Shown piece by piece: positions 1 to 8,910 of a stretch of 64,000 bases of DNA. How positions within the stretch are numbered: position 1 is the first letter of the stretch; the number at the start of each line of letters is the position of its first letter. A program made the position numbers and the translations under genes. The stretch is from NCBI GenBank assembly GCA_947458265.1, contig CANGYF010000002.1:121797-185796 (forward strand), in the 5' to 3' direction. Under the pieces are notes generated by a model. It had not been told where the DNA came from, searched no databases, and was given only the letters and a program-made list of their open reading frames with translations. This DNA comes from Betaproteobacteria bacterium (GTDB lineage Bacteria > Pseudomonadota > Gammaproteobacteria > Burkholderiales > CAIKXV01).

Positions 1-698
1 ATCTGCGCCCGGTCCGAACCCCAGGCCGCCTCGGCCTTGCCGTAGGTCGCGATCTTCAGCTGCACGACGCCGGTCTGGGTCCAGACGATGTTCAGGTCGG
101 AGCAGTCGGCGCATACCGCATAGTCGGTGTGCATGCCGTGGGTCAACAGGTGGCGCGTGCCGGCCCCTTCGCCACGGTACTCCCTGGACTGCCAGGGACC
201 GACCGGGGTACGCGAGATCTCGCCCACCACCGCGGCGAACACGACGTCGCCCTTGAGCTCCACGCCGCTGGCCTTCAGTGCCTTGGCCGCCATCATGAAC
301 GAGGCGACGCCGCCCTTCATGTTGGAGATGCCCAGGCCACGCACCACGCGTCCGTCGACGATCGACCCGCGCAGCTCGGACTGCGGCTCGACCGAGCGAA
401 CCATGCGCAGGTCTTCGTCGGTGCCGGTGAAGCTGGTGTCGGTATGGCCGTTGAAGCCGAGGCTCAGGCCGTTGCCCGAGCCCTTCAGGATGCCCACCGC
501 GTTCGGACGGCCGGCCTCCACCTCCTGGGTAATCGCCTTCAGGCCCTGCCGCCGGAACCAGTCGACGATGAACTCGGCCACCTGCTTCTCCTGCCCGGTC
601 GGGCTGGGGATGTCGGTGAGGTCGCAGCCGAGTTGCGCCAGTTCGTCGCGGTCGATGTGTGCCAGGACGCGTTTCGCCGCGTCGTTGTCGATTGCCAT
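1..698 (-). CDS. M20 family metallopeptidase/deacylase (ArgE/DapE-like), 3' end runs off the window
   Basis: Not in the ORF track; translated by hand from ATG at 698 (GGAGG RBS upstream): MAIDNDAAKRVLAHIDRDEL...IPSPTGQE...GRPNAVG...FNGHTDT...RGLGISNMKGG, which matches the M20 N-terminal motifs. Confidence 0.8.
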   Translation of the reverse strand, partial: MAIDNDAAKRVLAHIDRDELAQLGCDLTDIPSPTGQEKQVAEFIVDWFRRQGLKAITQEVEAGRPNAVGILKGSGNGLSLGFNGHTDTSFTGTDEDLRMVRSVEPQSELRGSIVDGRVVRGLGISNMKGGVASFMMAAKALKASGVELKGDVVFAAVVGEISRTPVGPWQSREYRGEGAGTRHLLTHGMHTDYAVCADCSDLNIVWTQTGVVQLKIATYGKAEAAWGSDRAQ

Positions 699-718
699 GC
701 CTTCCTCCGTTGAACCGC

Positions 719-1687
719 TCAGTCGATCTTGATCTTCGCCGTGGTCACCACCTCGCGCCACAGCTTTATCTCGCGCGCCAGCTTGTCGCGGAACACCGCC
801 CCGGTCGTGCCGTCGATGTCCCAGCCGAGATTCTCGAGGTTGGTGCGGCCCTGTCCGGTGGTGACCACCGCGATCAGCGCCGATTCGAGCCGGCTGAAGA
901 TATCCTTGGGCAGACCGCGCGGCGCAGCGAAGCCCTGCCACGAAAGGATCTCCATGTCCTTGTAGCCGAGCTCCGACAGGGTCGGCACCTCCTGGAACTG
1001 CGCGATACGCTTGCCGCTGGTCACGGCCATCGCACGCAGCCGTCCGCTGCGGATATGGTTGGCCACGCTGCCCAGGCTGGTGAAGGTCAGATCGACCTCG
1101 CCGCCGAGCATCGCGCCCATGGTCGCGCCGGCCCCCTTGAACGGCACGATGATCGCAGTGGTCTTCGTGCGCAGCATCAGCAACTCGGAGGTCATGTGGC
1201 CGGACGAGCCCAGCCCGGCGACGCCGAACGTGTGCTTGCCCGGGTTCGCGCGCAGCAATGCGATCACCTCCTTGACGCTGGTCGCCGGCACCTTGGTGCT
1301 CGCCACCAGCACGTTGGGCGTGTTGGCGGCCAGGCTGAGCAGGTCGAAGTCGCGCAGCGAGTCGTACCCCGGGTCCTTGTAGTTGACCATGTTGATCGCA
1401 AAGGTACCCACCGACCCGATCAGCAGGGTGTTCCCGTCCGGGTTGGCCTTCGCCGCCATCGTTGCGCCTATGGTGCTGTTCGCCCCGGCACGGATGTCGA
1501 CAATCACCGGTTGTCCGAGGTTCTCCTGCAGGCGCGCGGCCACTTCCCGCCCGACGATGTCAGACGGCCCGCCGGCCGCGAACGGCACGATCAGGCGGAT
1601 CGGGCGGTTCGGCCAGCCCTGCGCGGATGCAGCGCTGCAGGCCAGCAGGGCAGCCAGGGCGCTGGCTGCGATGAAGCGGTTCTTCAT
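719..1687 (-). CDS. Bug/TctC tripartite tricarboxylate transporter substrate-binding protein
   Basis: Signal peptide, WPNRPIRLIVPFAAGGPSD, PDGNTLL, VPFKG, VPTLSELG motifs. Confidence 0.93.
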   Translation of the reverse strand: MKNRFIAASALAALLACSAASAQGWPNRPIRLIVPFAAGGPSDIVGREVAARLQENLGQPVIVDIRAGANSTIGATMAAKANPDGNTLLIGSVGTFAINMVNYKDPGYDSLRDFDLLSLAANTPNVLVASTKVPATSVKEVIALLRANPGKHTFGVAGLGSSGHMTSELLMLRTKTTAIIVPFKGAGATMGAMLGGEVDLTFTSLGSVANHIRSGRLRAMAVTSGKRIAQFQEVPTLSELGYKDMEILSWQGFAAPRGLPKDIFSRLESALIAVVTTGQGRTNLENLGWDIDGTTGAVFRDKLAREIKLWREVVTTAKIKID

Positions 1688-1883
1688 GCGAGGACTCCCG
1701 TTCGGATCGGTTGCACCGCAGGCGTCGACTGCCCGCGGACCAGGTCGGCTGCGCGCTCTGGCATCACGGACGCACGGCCATCCTCAGCCGCTCGATGCCC
1801 TGCACGCGAAGCGAGGGATCGACCACCGCCTCGGCTCCGATGCCGATTCTGCACGTCCCTGCGGGATGATGCACGGCAGTCAT
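1684..1883 (-). pseudogene. C-terminal relic of a GMC oxidoreductase
   Basis: [10 protein letters not shown]...[17 protein letters not shown], then after a 1-nt frameshift [14 protein letters not shown]; the stop overlaps the Bug start (ATGA); no N-terminal FAD domain. Confidence 0.7.
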
Positions 1884-1942
1884 CAGCCTGCCACCATCGT
1901 TCAGCCGACCGGCGGTCGCGCCGCTACGCCCGCCTGACCGGG

Positions 1943-2821
1943 TCACAAGGCGTCGATGGGCAGCTTGAGGTAGCGCACCCCGTTGTCTTCCGCCGCGGGC
2001 AGCGCACCGGCACGGATGTTGACCTGGATCGACGGCAGGATCAGCACCGGCATCGCAAGGGTGGCATCGCGCTGCTCGCGCATGGCGACGAACGCGGGCT
2101 CGGCCACGCCATCCCGGACGTGGATATTGCCCTCGCGTTGCGCCTCGACGGTGCTCACGGGACAGGGGGCGCGCCCGCCGGGCGGATAGTCGTGGCACAT
2201 GAACAGCCGCGTCCGCGCCGGCAGGTCGAGCAGGGCGCGGATCGAACGGTAGAGCATCGCCGCATCGCCGCCGGGGAAGTCGCAGCGTGCAGTGCCGACG
2301 TCGGGCGGGAACAGCGTGTCTCCGACAAACACCGCATCGCCGATCCGGTAGGCGCAATCGGCGGGCGTGTGTCCGGGCACATGCATCACCACCGCCTGCA
2401 GGTCGCCGATGCGGAAGGTCTCGCCGGGTTCGAACAGGTGGTCGAACTGCGAGCCGTCGGTGGGAAACGCGGGCCCCAGGTTGAACACCTTCGCGAACAC
2501 TTGCTGCACCGCGCAGATCGATGCGCCCATGGCGATGCGCCCGCCCAGCCGGTCGCGCAGCCAGCTTGCGGCGCTCAGATGATCGGCGTGTGCATGGGTC
2601 TCCAGGATCCACGCCACCCGCAGGGACAGCCGCTCGACCACCTCGACCACACGCCGGGCCGACGCATGCGAGACGCGACCCGACTTCGGGTCGAAGTCCA
2701 GGACCGGGTCCACGATGGCGCAGGCACTGCCCGCGCCGGCGTGCACGACATGCGTGAAGGTGCAGCTGACCGGATCGAACAGCGACTCCACCTGCGGCTC
2801 GGCCGCAATGCCTGCATCCAT
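1943..2821 (-). CDS. MBL-fold persulfide dioxygenase-like protein (ETHE1/Blh/PDO type)
   Basis: [64 protein letters not shown] motifs; start trimmed to ATG 2821. Confidence 0.88.
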   Translation of the reverse strand: MDAGIAAEPQVESLFDPVSCTFTHVVHAGAGSACAIVDPVLDFDPKSGRVSHASARRVVEVVERLSLRVAWILETHAHADHLSAASWLRDRLGGRIAMGASICAVQQVFAKVFNLGPAFPTDGSQFDHLFEPGETFRIGDLQAVVMHVPGHTPADCAYRIGDAVFVGDTLFPPDVGTARCDFPGGDAAMLYRSIRALLDLPARTRLFMCHDYPPGGRAPCPVSTVEAQREGNIHVRDGVAEPAFVAMREQRDATLAMPVLILPSIQVNIRAGALPAAEDNGVRYLKLPIDAL

Positions 2822-2873
2822 CCATTCCTCCGTCAAGCGGGTCGTCGCTGGCGCGACGCGCGGCACCAGGCCT

Positions 2874-3077
2874 TCAGTGGCCTGCCTGCGTCGAGCAGGT
2901 CCTGATGCCCAGCAGAGTATAGGCCGGGCAGTACCCGAGCAACGCCGTGGACAGCGGCACCAGTCCGAGCAGCCCGAGCCAGCGCAGGCCGCCGTCCAGC
3001 ACGAACACGAGCGACAGCATGCCGAGCCCGACCGCGATGCGCAGGGTCCTGTCCATCGAACCGACGTTCTTTTCCAT
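2874..3077 (-). CDS. DUF2892 / YgaP-like small membrane protein
   Basis: 67 aa; NVGSMDRTLR, two hydrophobic segments, GYCPAYTLLGIRTC signature. Confidence 0.88.
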   Translation of the reverse strand: MEKNVGSMDRTLRIAVGLGMLSLVFVLDGGLRWLGLLGLVPLSTALLGYCPAYTLLGIRTCSTQAGH

Positions 3078-3218
3078 CTCGTTTCTCCTCGGGGTGGTGG
3101 AGGGATGGAAGAAGCATGCTCCTGCGCGGCAGCGGCGTCGGTGACCGCGGTCACCGACTTGTCCAGCCCTGCACCCAAACCGTACGCAGGATCTGCAGGC
3201 AACGGTTCCGGCCTGCGC

Positions 3219-3920
3219 TCAGCCGGAGGTCGCCGCGATCCTGCGCAGGCCCTCCGGGTCGACGATCTCGATGCGCTCGCGCGAAAGGCGTACGAGCCCG
3301 TCATCGGCCAGGTGATGCAGCAGGCGCGTCACGATCTCGCGCACGCTGCCGAGTTCATCGGCGATCGACTGGTGCGTCACCTGAAGCACCCGGCCCCGCC
3401 CGAGCAGGAGCGCGGCCAGCCGCTGATCCAGCCGACGGAAGGCGACCGCCTCGACCAGTGCCATCATGTCGCCGAGCCGCGCGGAGAACAGTGCGAAAAC
3501 GTAGGTGCGGAAGCACTCCTGCGTCGCCACCAGTTGCCGGAACGCCCCTTCAGGCAAGAAGACCAGCCGGGCTTCCCGTTCCACCACGCCGCGTGCCGCG
3601 TAGGCAGTCCGTCCGATCAGGCAGCCGGAGGTGAGCACGCAGGCATCTCCCGCATGAACCCGGTACAGGAGGATCTCGCGCCCCGAAGCGGACGACTTGG
3701 ACACCCGGATCGCGCCGTCGAGCAGGAACGGCATCGCCTCGCAGGCCGCGTGGTCATCGAACAGCACGGTACCCGCCGGCACGGCCAGCGCGCGCGCCCT
3801 GGCGAAGGCTGCCTCGAAAGTGGCTGGCGGCAGCGCGCCAAGCACCGGATACCACGCCTTCAGTTCGTCGGCGAGGCCCGCGTCGACGGATGGCGGGCGG
3901 GAGGTGGCCTCGTACGTCAT
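3219..3920 (-). CDS. Crp/Fnr family transcriptional regulator
   Basis: cNMP-like domain (SGREILLYRV..GDAC), LDQRLA, HTH THQSIADELGSVREIVTRLL; ATG overlaps the ATPase stop (ATGA). Confidence 0.9.
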   Translation of the reverse strand: MTYEATSRPPSVDAGLADELKAWYPVLGALPPATFEAAFARARALAVPAGTVLFDDHAACEAMPFLLDGAIRVSKSSASGREILLYRVHAGDACVLTSGCLIGRTAYAARGVVEREARLVFLPEGAFRQLVATQECFRTYVFALFSARLGDMMALVEAVAFRRLDQRLAALLLGRGRVLQVTHQSIADELGSVREIVTRLLHHLADDGLVRLSRERIEIVDPEGLRRIAATSG

Positions 3921-6595
3921 GCCGGCGGCGCTGCCGGCGCCGCGCCACGGCGCTGCAAAGCAGGTCCGGACACCAGCGCCGGCTCGCGCCGAAGCAGGCG
4001 CATCGCATTGCCGACCACGAGCAGCGAACTGGCCGACATGCCGATCGCGGCAACCCAAGGCGTGACCAGGCCGGCCATCGCCAACGGCACGGCGACAAGG
4101 TTGTAGGCACCAGCCCACAGCAGGTTGCCGCGGATCACCCGCAACGTGCGCTGCGCCAGCGCGATCGCATCGAGCAGCGAACGCATGTCCGCCTGGTCGC
4201 CGCGGGCAAGCCACACCATGTCCGCGGCCGCCTGGGCCACCTGGGTGCCCGTGGCCGGTGCGATCGATACCTGCGCCTGCGCCAGGACCGGAGCGTCGTT
4301 CACGCCGTCGCCGAACATCGCCACGACCGCGCCGCGGGCCTGCAGGTCGCGCACGAAATCGAGCTTCGCCTGCGGCAACATCGCACCGTGCACATGGGAG
4401 GAACCGCCTTCGATACCCACCGCCGATGCGACGGAAGCCACCGTTTCGAGCTGGTCACCCGACAGCAGCATCACGGTCGCGCCGCCCGCGCGCAGGCCGG
4501 CCACCAGTTCACGCGCGCCCGGACGCAACTGGTCGACGAGCAGGAAGGTAGCGAGCACGCCTTGCGTGTCGCCCAACTGGACGCACGTCTCGCCACGTGC
4601 CATGGCAGCCGTCACGATCGGGGCCACAGGGCGGGCGGGGCCGCCCGGAAGGGCCGCGGCGAACGCGGGCGTACCGAGCCGCAGCAGGGTGCCGCCGACG
4701 ACAGCTTCCACGCCGCCGCCGGGCACGTGCCGCAGCCCTTGCACGGGCGGGATCGACGCGCTGTCGGCACCGCAGCCGGCACCCCGGGCATGGTCTGCGA
4801 GCGCCTGGCCGATCGGATGCTCCGAACGCTGCTCCAGCGCGGCAACTGCCTGCAGCATCGACTGCACCGAAGGCATGCCACCCGGACGGGCGACCGGTGG
4901 CTCCGGACGGAAGCTCGTCACCCGCAACCGGCCGGTCGTGAGCGTGCCGGTCTTGTCGAACACGAACACCGTCGCACGGGCCAGGGTCTCGATGGCATGG
5001 CCGCGCGTCGGCAGCAGGCCCGCCCGCGCAAGGCCACTGGCCGCGGCGGCCAGTGCAGCAGGCGTGGCGAGCGACAATGCGCACGGGCAGGTGATGACCA
5101 GCACCGCGACGGTGATCCACAGCGCACGGGCCGGATCATGCGCGCCCCACCACCAGGCGGTGCCCGCGGCGACGCAGAGCAGGCCGAGCACGAAGTGTCC
5201 CGCCACCCGGTCCGCCAGGGCGGCCAGCGGCGGCTTCTCGGACGCGGCCCGGTCGAGCAGCCGCACGATGCCCGCAAGCACGGTGTGCTCGCCCACGCGC
5301 TCGACCTGTACGACCAGCGGGGTGACCAGGTTCACTGCGCCGCCGGTGACCGCCGATCCCGCCGCGCGCAGCACCGGCCGGCTCTCGCCGGTGAGCAGGG
5401 CTTCGTCCACCTCGCCTGCACCCTCGAGCACGCGCCCGTCGGCCGGGATGCGCTCCCCGGGCCTCACCAGCACGACATCACCGGCGCGCAACCGAACCAC
5501 TGCCACCGATTCGACTGGCTGCTGCGCCGGCCAGGCCGGCAGCAGGGCTGCGGTGGCCGGGATCAGGCGTGCCAGTTCGTCGGTCGCCCGCGCCGCACGC
5601 GCCCGCACCTGGGACTCGAGGAAGCGCGCACCGAGCAGCAGGAACACGAACATGGTGACCGAGTCGAAATACACGTCGCCGACGCCGGTGACGGTGGCGA
5701 ACACGCTGGCCGCGAACGCCCCGGCGATGCCGATGGCCACCGGCACATCCATGCCAACGCGCCGGGCGCGCAGGTCGCGCCATGCCGAGCCGAAGATCGG
5801 CGCCGCCGAATACACCAGCACCGGCAGCGTGAGGATCAGCCCGGCCCATCGCATCAGGATGTCGACGTCGCCGGTCATGTCGCCACCGGCGAGCCACACC
5901 GGGACGGCGTACATCATCACCTGCATCATCCCCAGGCCGGCGATCGCCAGCCGCGCCAGCGCCTGCCTGCGCTCGCGCCGGTGCAGGTCGTCCATGCGCG
6001 AGGCATCGTAGGGGCTTGCCCGGTAGCCCACGGCGCCGACCGCAGCCAGGATCGACGACAGTGAACCACGCGAGGCATCCCAGCGCACCCGTGCACGGCG
6101 CGTCGAATAGTTGAGCTCGACCCCGGTGACGCCTGGCACGCGCTCGAGCGTGCTTTCCACGAGCCATGCGCAGGCAGCGCAGGTGATCCCCTCGATCAGC
6201 AGCGCGGCCTCGCGCCCGTCGCCTGGGTGGCCAGCGTCGGAACGCTCACCGGGCGTACCGACCGTCCGTACGAAGCCCGCCTGGACGGCCGGGTCGTCGT
6301 AGAGCAGCAGTTGTGCCAGCGGCGCCGGTATCGCATCGGCGGCGGACCCGGGCATCGACGCACGCTGTTCGTAATAGCGCTCCAGGCCGCCGTCGACAAT
6401 CGCCTGCGCGACGGCCCGGCAACCGGCGCAGCACATCTCGCGCAGGCTGCCGCCGATGCGTACGGACAGGCCCGTGGCACCGGCGAGGGGCAATCCGCAA
6501 TGGAAGCACAGGCCGGCGAGCGGACCGGCGCATGCGGCTCCGCTGCCGCGATCATCGCCGCGGTATGCGCCAGGCACCAGATCCGTGTCCTCCAC
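3917..6595 (-). CDS. ccoI: P1B heavy-metal (Cu+) translocating ATPase, CcoI/FixI type
   Basis: N-terminal CFHCG...CCAGC domain, HMA GITCAAC, TGES, CPC, DKTGT, SEHP, GDGVND, YN and MSASS motifs; start uncertain (GTG 6595; ORF open to 6649). Confidence 0.85.
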   Translation of the reverse strand: MEDTDLVPGAYRGDDRGSGAACAGPLAGLCFHCGLPLAGATGLSVRIGGSLREMCCAGCRAVAQAIVDGGLERYYEQRASMPGSAADAIPAPLAQLLLYDDPAVQAGFVRTVGTPGERSDAGHPGDGREAALLIEGITCAACAWLVESTLERVPGVTGVELNYSTRRARVRWDASRGSLSSILAAVGAVGYRASPYDASRMDDLHRRERRQALARLAIAGLGMMQVMMYAVPVWLAGGDMTGDVDILMRWAGLILTLPVLVYSAAPIFGSAWRDLRARRVGMDVPVAIGIAGAFAASVFATVTGVGDVYFDSVTMFVFLLLGARFLESQVRARAARATDELARLIPATAALLPAWPAQQPVESVAVVRLRAGDVVLVRPGERIPADGRVLEGAGEVDEALLTGESRPVLRAAGSAVTGGAVNLVTPLVVQVERVGEHTVLAGIVRLLDRAASEKPPLAALADRVAGHFVLGLLCVAAGTAWWWGAHDPARALWITVAVLVITCPCALSLATPAALAAAASGLARAGLLPTRGHAIETLARATVFVFDKTGTLTTGRLRVTSFRPEPPVARPGGMPSVQSMLQAVAALEQRSEHPIGQALADHARGAGCGADSASIPPVQGLRHVPGGGVEAVVGGTLLRLGTPAFAAALPGGPARPVAPIVTAAMARGETCVQLGDTQGVLATFLLVDQLRPGARELVAGLRAGGATVMLLSGDQLETVASVASAVGIEGGSSHVHGAMLPQAKLDFVRDLQARGAVVAMFGDGVNDAPVLAQAQVSIAPATGTQVAQAAADMVWLARGDQADMRSLLDAIALAQRTLRVIRGNLLWAGAYNLVAVPLAMAGLVTPWVAAIGMSASSLLVVGNAMRLLRREPALVSGPALQRRGAAPAAPPA

Positions 6596-6623
6596 CCGCA
6601 CCGGCCTCCCGGACCATCCAGGC

Positions 6624-7226
6624 CTAGAACCTGTAGCCGAGACCGACACCGAAGATCACCGGATCGATCTTCAGGCTGCTGACGAAGGCTCCGGCCGCGG
6701 TCTTCACATCGGTCTCGATCCAGATCTTCTTCACGTCGACGTTCAGGTACCACTTCCCCGACAGGCGATAGTCGAAGCCGGCCTGGATCGCACCACCGGT
6801 ACTGGTCCTGTCCACCGTCAGCGCGCCGCCCGCGAGGTTCACGTCGTAGAAGCGGGTGTAGTTGAGGCCGACGCCGACGTAGGGCTTGAAATCCTGCGAC
6901 GGCATGAAGTGGTACTGCAGCAGCAATGTCGGCGGCAGGTGCTTCACGCTGCCGATGTCGGCACCGGCGTTGGTCACCTGGTGCCGCTGAGTGGCCAGGA
7001 TGAGCTCGACCGCGATGTTCGGCGTGAAGAACCAGCTCAGGTCGAGTTCCGGCGTGACCTCGTTGGACACCCCCAGGCTCAGCGGCGACGAACGCTCGTG
7101 CGGCACGATGTTGAGCACGCGCCCCCGGACCATCAGCTGTGCATTGACCTCAGGAGCAGCGACGAGCGCTGCGGATCCGGCAGCCACCAGGGCCGCGGCG
7201 GCAGCGAGCGATCGATTGATCTTCAT
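6624..7226 (-). CDS. ompW: OmpW family outer membrane protein
   Basis: Signal peptide, PELDLSWFFTPNIAVELIL, LPPTLLLQYHF, PYVGVGLNYTRF, C-terminal GLGYRF. Confidence 0.93.
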   Translation of the reverse strand: MKINRSLAAAAALVAAGSAALVAAPEVNAQLMVRGRVLNIVPHERSSPLSLGVSNEVTPELDLSWFFTPNIAVELILATQRHQVTNAGADIGSVKHLPPTLLLQYHFMPSQDFKPYVGVGLNYTRFYDVNLAGGALTVDRTSTGGAIQAGFDYRLSGKWYLNVDVKKIWIETDVKTAAGAFVSSLKIDPVIFGVGLGYRF

Positions 7227-7276
7227 GGTCGAGTCCTTCTTGTCCGATGGGAGAGGGTGCGCCGGGTTGCGTTCAG

Positions 7277-7282
7277 ATCGTA
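7277..7282 (-). promoter_or_regulatory. Putative -10 element (TACGAT) of the ompW promoter
   Basis: Puts the start site near 7270 and the FNR box centre (7311.5) at about -41.5, the class II FNR geometry. Confidence 0.6.
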
Positions 7283-7283
7283 G

Positions 7284-7301
7284 GGTTGCCTCGCGGCAAC
7301 C
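7284..7301. promoter_or_regulatory. Second Crp/Fnr-like palindrome GGTTGCC-N4-GGCAACC
   Basis: Perfect 7-bp arms with a 4-bp spacer, 19 bp from the FNR box. Confidence 0.45.
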
Positions 7302-7304
7302 AGG

Positions 7305-7318
7305 TTGATGCAGATCAA
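7305..7318. promoter_or_regulatory. FNR/Anr/FixK box TTGAT-GCAG-ATCAA
   Basis: Exact match to TTGAT-N4-ATCAA, extended to GGTTGAT...ATCAACC (7303-7320), upstream of ompW. Confidence 0.88.
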
Positions 7319-7379
7319 CCATGGTTCACTGCGCGCGGCGGCCGGACGGATGCGCCACGCCGCCGCGTAGAATGGCGGG

Positions 7380-8120
7380 ATGATTCCCTGGCTCGGACCC
7401 GCCGACCCGTTTCCTGCACTCGATACCGCCCTGGTCGAGCCGCCGGGGCTGCTCGCCGCGGGCGCAGACCTGTCGGCGCAGCGCCTGATCGACGCCTACT
7501 CGCATGGAATATTCCCGTGGTTCAACCCCGGGGACCCGATCCTCTGGTGGAGCCCGGATCCGCGCATGGTGCTGCCGCCCGCAGAACTGTACGTGCGCCG
7601 ATCACTGCGCAAGCGGCTGCGCCAGCCCGGCCACGAGGTACGCGTCGACTGCGCGTTCCGCGAAGTCATCACCGCCTGCAGTGGTCCGCGCGGCGGGCAG
7701 CCCGGCACCTGGATCACCCCCGCGATGATCGAGGCGTACTGCAGGCTCCATGCGCTGGGCCATGCGCATTCGGTCGAGACGTGGATCGACGGACGCCTGG
7801 CTGGCGGCCTGTACGGCATCGCGCTCGGCCGCGTGTTCTTCGGCGAGTCGATGTTCACCCGCGTGCCGGATGCGTCGAAGATCGCGTTCGTCCACCTGGT
7901 GCGCCAGCTCGAGCAGTGGGGCTTCGGGCTCATCGATTGCCAGATGCGCACCGACCACCTGGCGAGCTTCGGTGCGCGCGAGATCCCGCGCACCGATTTC
8001 GCGGCCCGGCTCGCGGAGTTGCTACACTACGAAAGAGATGGCCGCCCGGTGTCCTGCGGGGTCCCCGCCAGTGCATGGCCGGAGGGGTGCCGCAGCATCG
8101 ATCCAGGCCTCGGCCGCTGA
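7380..8120 (+). CDS. aat: Leucyl/phenylalanyl-tRNA--protein transferase
   Basis: GLLAAGADL, AYSHGIFPW, ILWWSPDPR, GHAHSVE, FFGESMF, DASKIA, LIDCQ motifs. Confidence 0.96.
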   Translation: MIPWLGPADPFPALDTALVEPPGLLAAGADLSAQRLIDAYSHGIFPWFNPGDPILWWSPDPRMVLPPAELYVRRSLRKRLRQPGHEVRVDCAFREVITACSGPRGGQPGTWITPAMIEAYCRLHALGHAHSVETWIDGRLAGGLYGIALGRVFFGESMFTRVPDASKIAFVHLVRQLEQWGFGLIDCQMRTDHLASFGAREIPRTDFAARLAELLHYERDGRPVSCGVPASAWPEGCRSIDPGLGR

Positions 8121-8138
8121 AGCGACGCTGAATCGACC

Positions 8139-8897
8139 ATGACCCGGCTCAACGATTTCCCGATTTCGGCGCTGCAGTTCTACACGACTGCCCGCTACCC
8201 GTGCAGCTACCTGCCAGACCGCATGGCCCGGTCGCAGGTGGCCACGCCGAGCCACCTGATCGACACTGCGGTCTACGGCGAACTGGTGCGCTCGGGCTTC
8301 CGGCGCAGCGGCGCCTTCACCTACCGTCCCTATTGCGACAGTTGCCGCGCCTGCGTGCCGGTGCGCGTGCTGGTCGATGCGTTCGAGCCGACGCGGGCGC
8401 AGCGGCGCGCGCAGGCCAGGCATGCCGGGCTGGCCTCGGAAATGTTCGACCTGCGCTATTCGCCGGAACACTACGCGCTCTACCTGCGTTACCAGGCGCT
8501 GCGCCATTCCGGCGGCGGCATGGACCACGACAGCCGCGAGCAGTACCGGCATTTCCTGCTCCAGAGCAATATCCGCTCGCACCTGGTCGAGTTCCGCGAG
8601 GAGCTCGATCGCGACGCGCGCACGCTGCGCATGGTGAGCATCGTCGACCGCCTGCAGGACGGGCTGTCTTCGGTCTACACCTTCTTCGAGCCGGATGCGC
8701 CGGGCGCCAGCTACGGCACCTACAACATCCTGTGGCAGATCGAGCTCTGCCGCCAGCTCGGGCTGCCCTACCTCTATCTCGGATACTGGATCAGCCAGAG
8801 CCGAAAGATGGCCTACAAGGTCAACTTCCAGCCGCTGGAAGGCCTGATCGACGGGCACTGGCAGCCGTTGCCGCGGCAGCCGGTCGGCGCGCGCTGA
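8139..8897 (+). CDS. bpt: Arginyltransferase-family (ATE1-like) aspartate/glutamate leucyltransferase
   Basis: YPCSYLP, GFRRSG...[28 protein letters not shown]...KMAYK; directly after aat. Confidence 0.93.
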   Translation: MTRLNDFPISALQFYTTARYPCSYLPDRMARSQVATPSHLIDTAVYGELVRSGFRRSGAFTYRPYCDSCRACVPVRVLVDAFEPTRAQRRAQARHAGLASEMFDLRYSPEHYALYLRYQALRHSGGGMDHDSREQYRHFLLQSNIRSHLVEFREELDRDARTLRMVSIVDRLQDGLSSVYTFFEPDAPGASYGTYNILWQIELCRQLGLPYLYLGYWISQSRKMAYKVNFQPLEGLIDGHWQPLPRQPVGAR

Positions 8898-8910
8898 GCC
8901 GGCGGCCGCG

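Noticed and set aside
127-732. Plus-strand ORFs at the window start
   Set aside because: The real gene is the minus-strand M20 peptidase, missed by the ORF track because it lacks a stop in the window.
659-2905. 748-aa plus-strand ORF and similar long ORFs (3890-6064, 12318-14618, 54705-56930, 56491-59985, 61931-63883)
   Set aside because: Antisense shadows of well-supported genes in GC-rich DNA; Arg/Gly/His-rich with no motifs.
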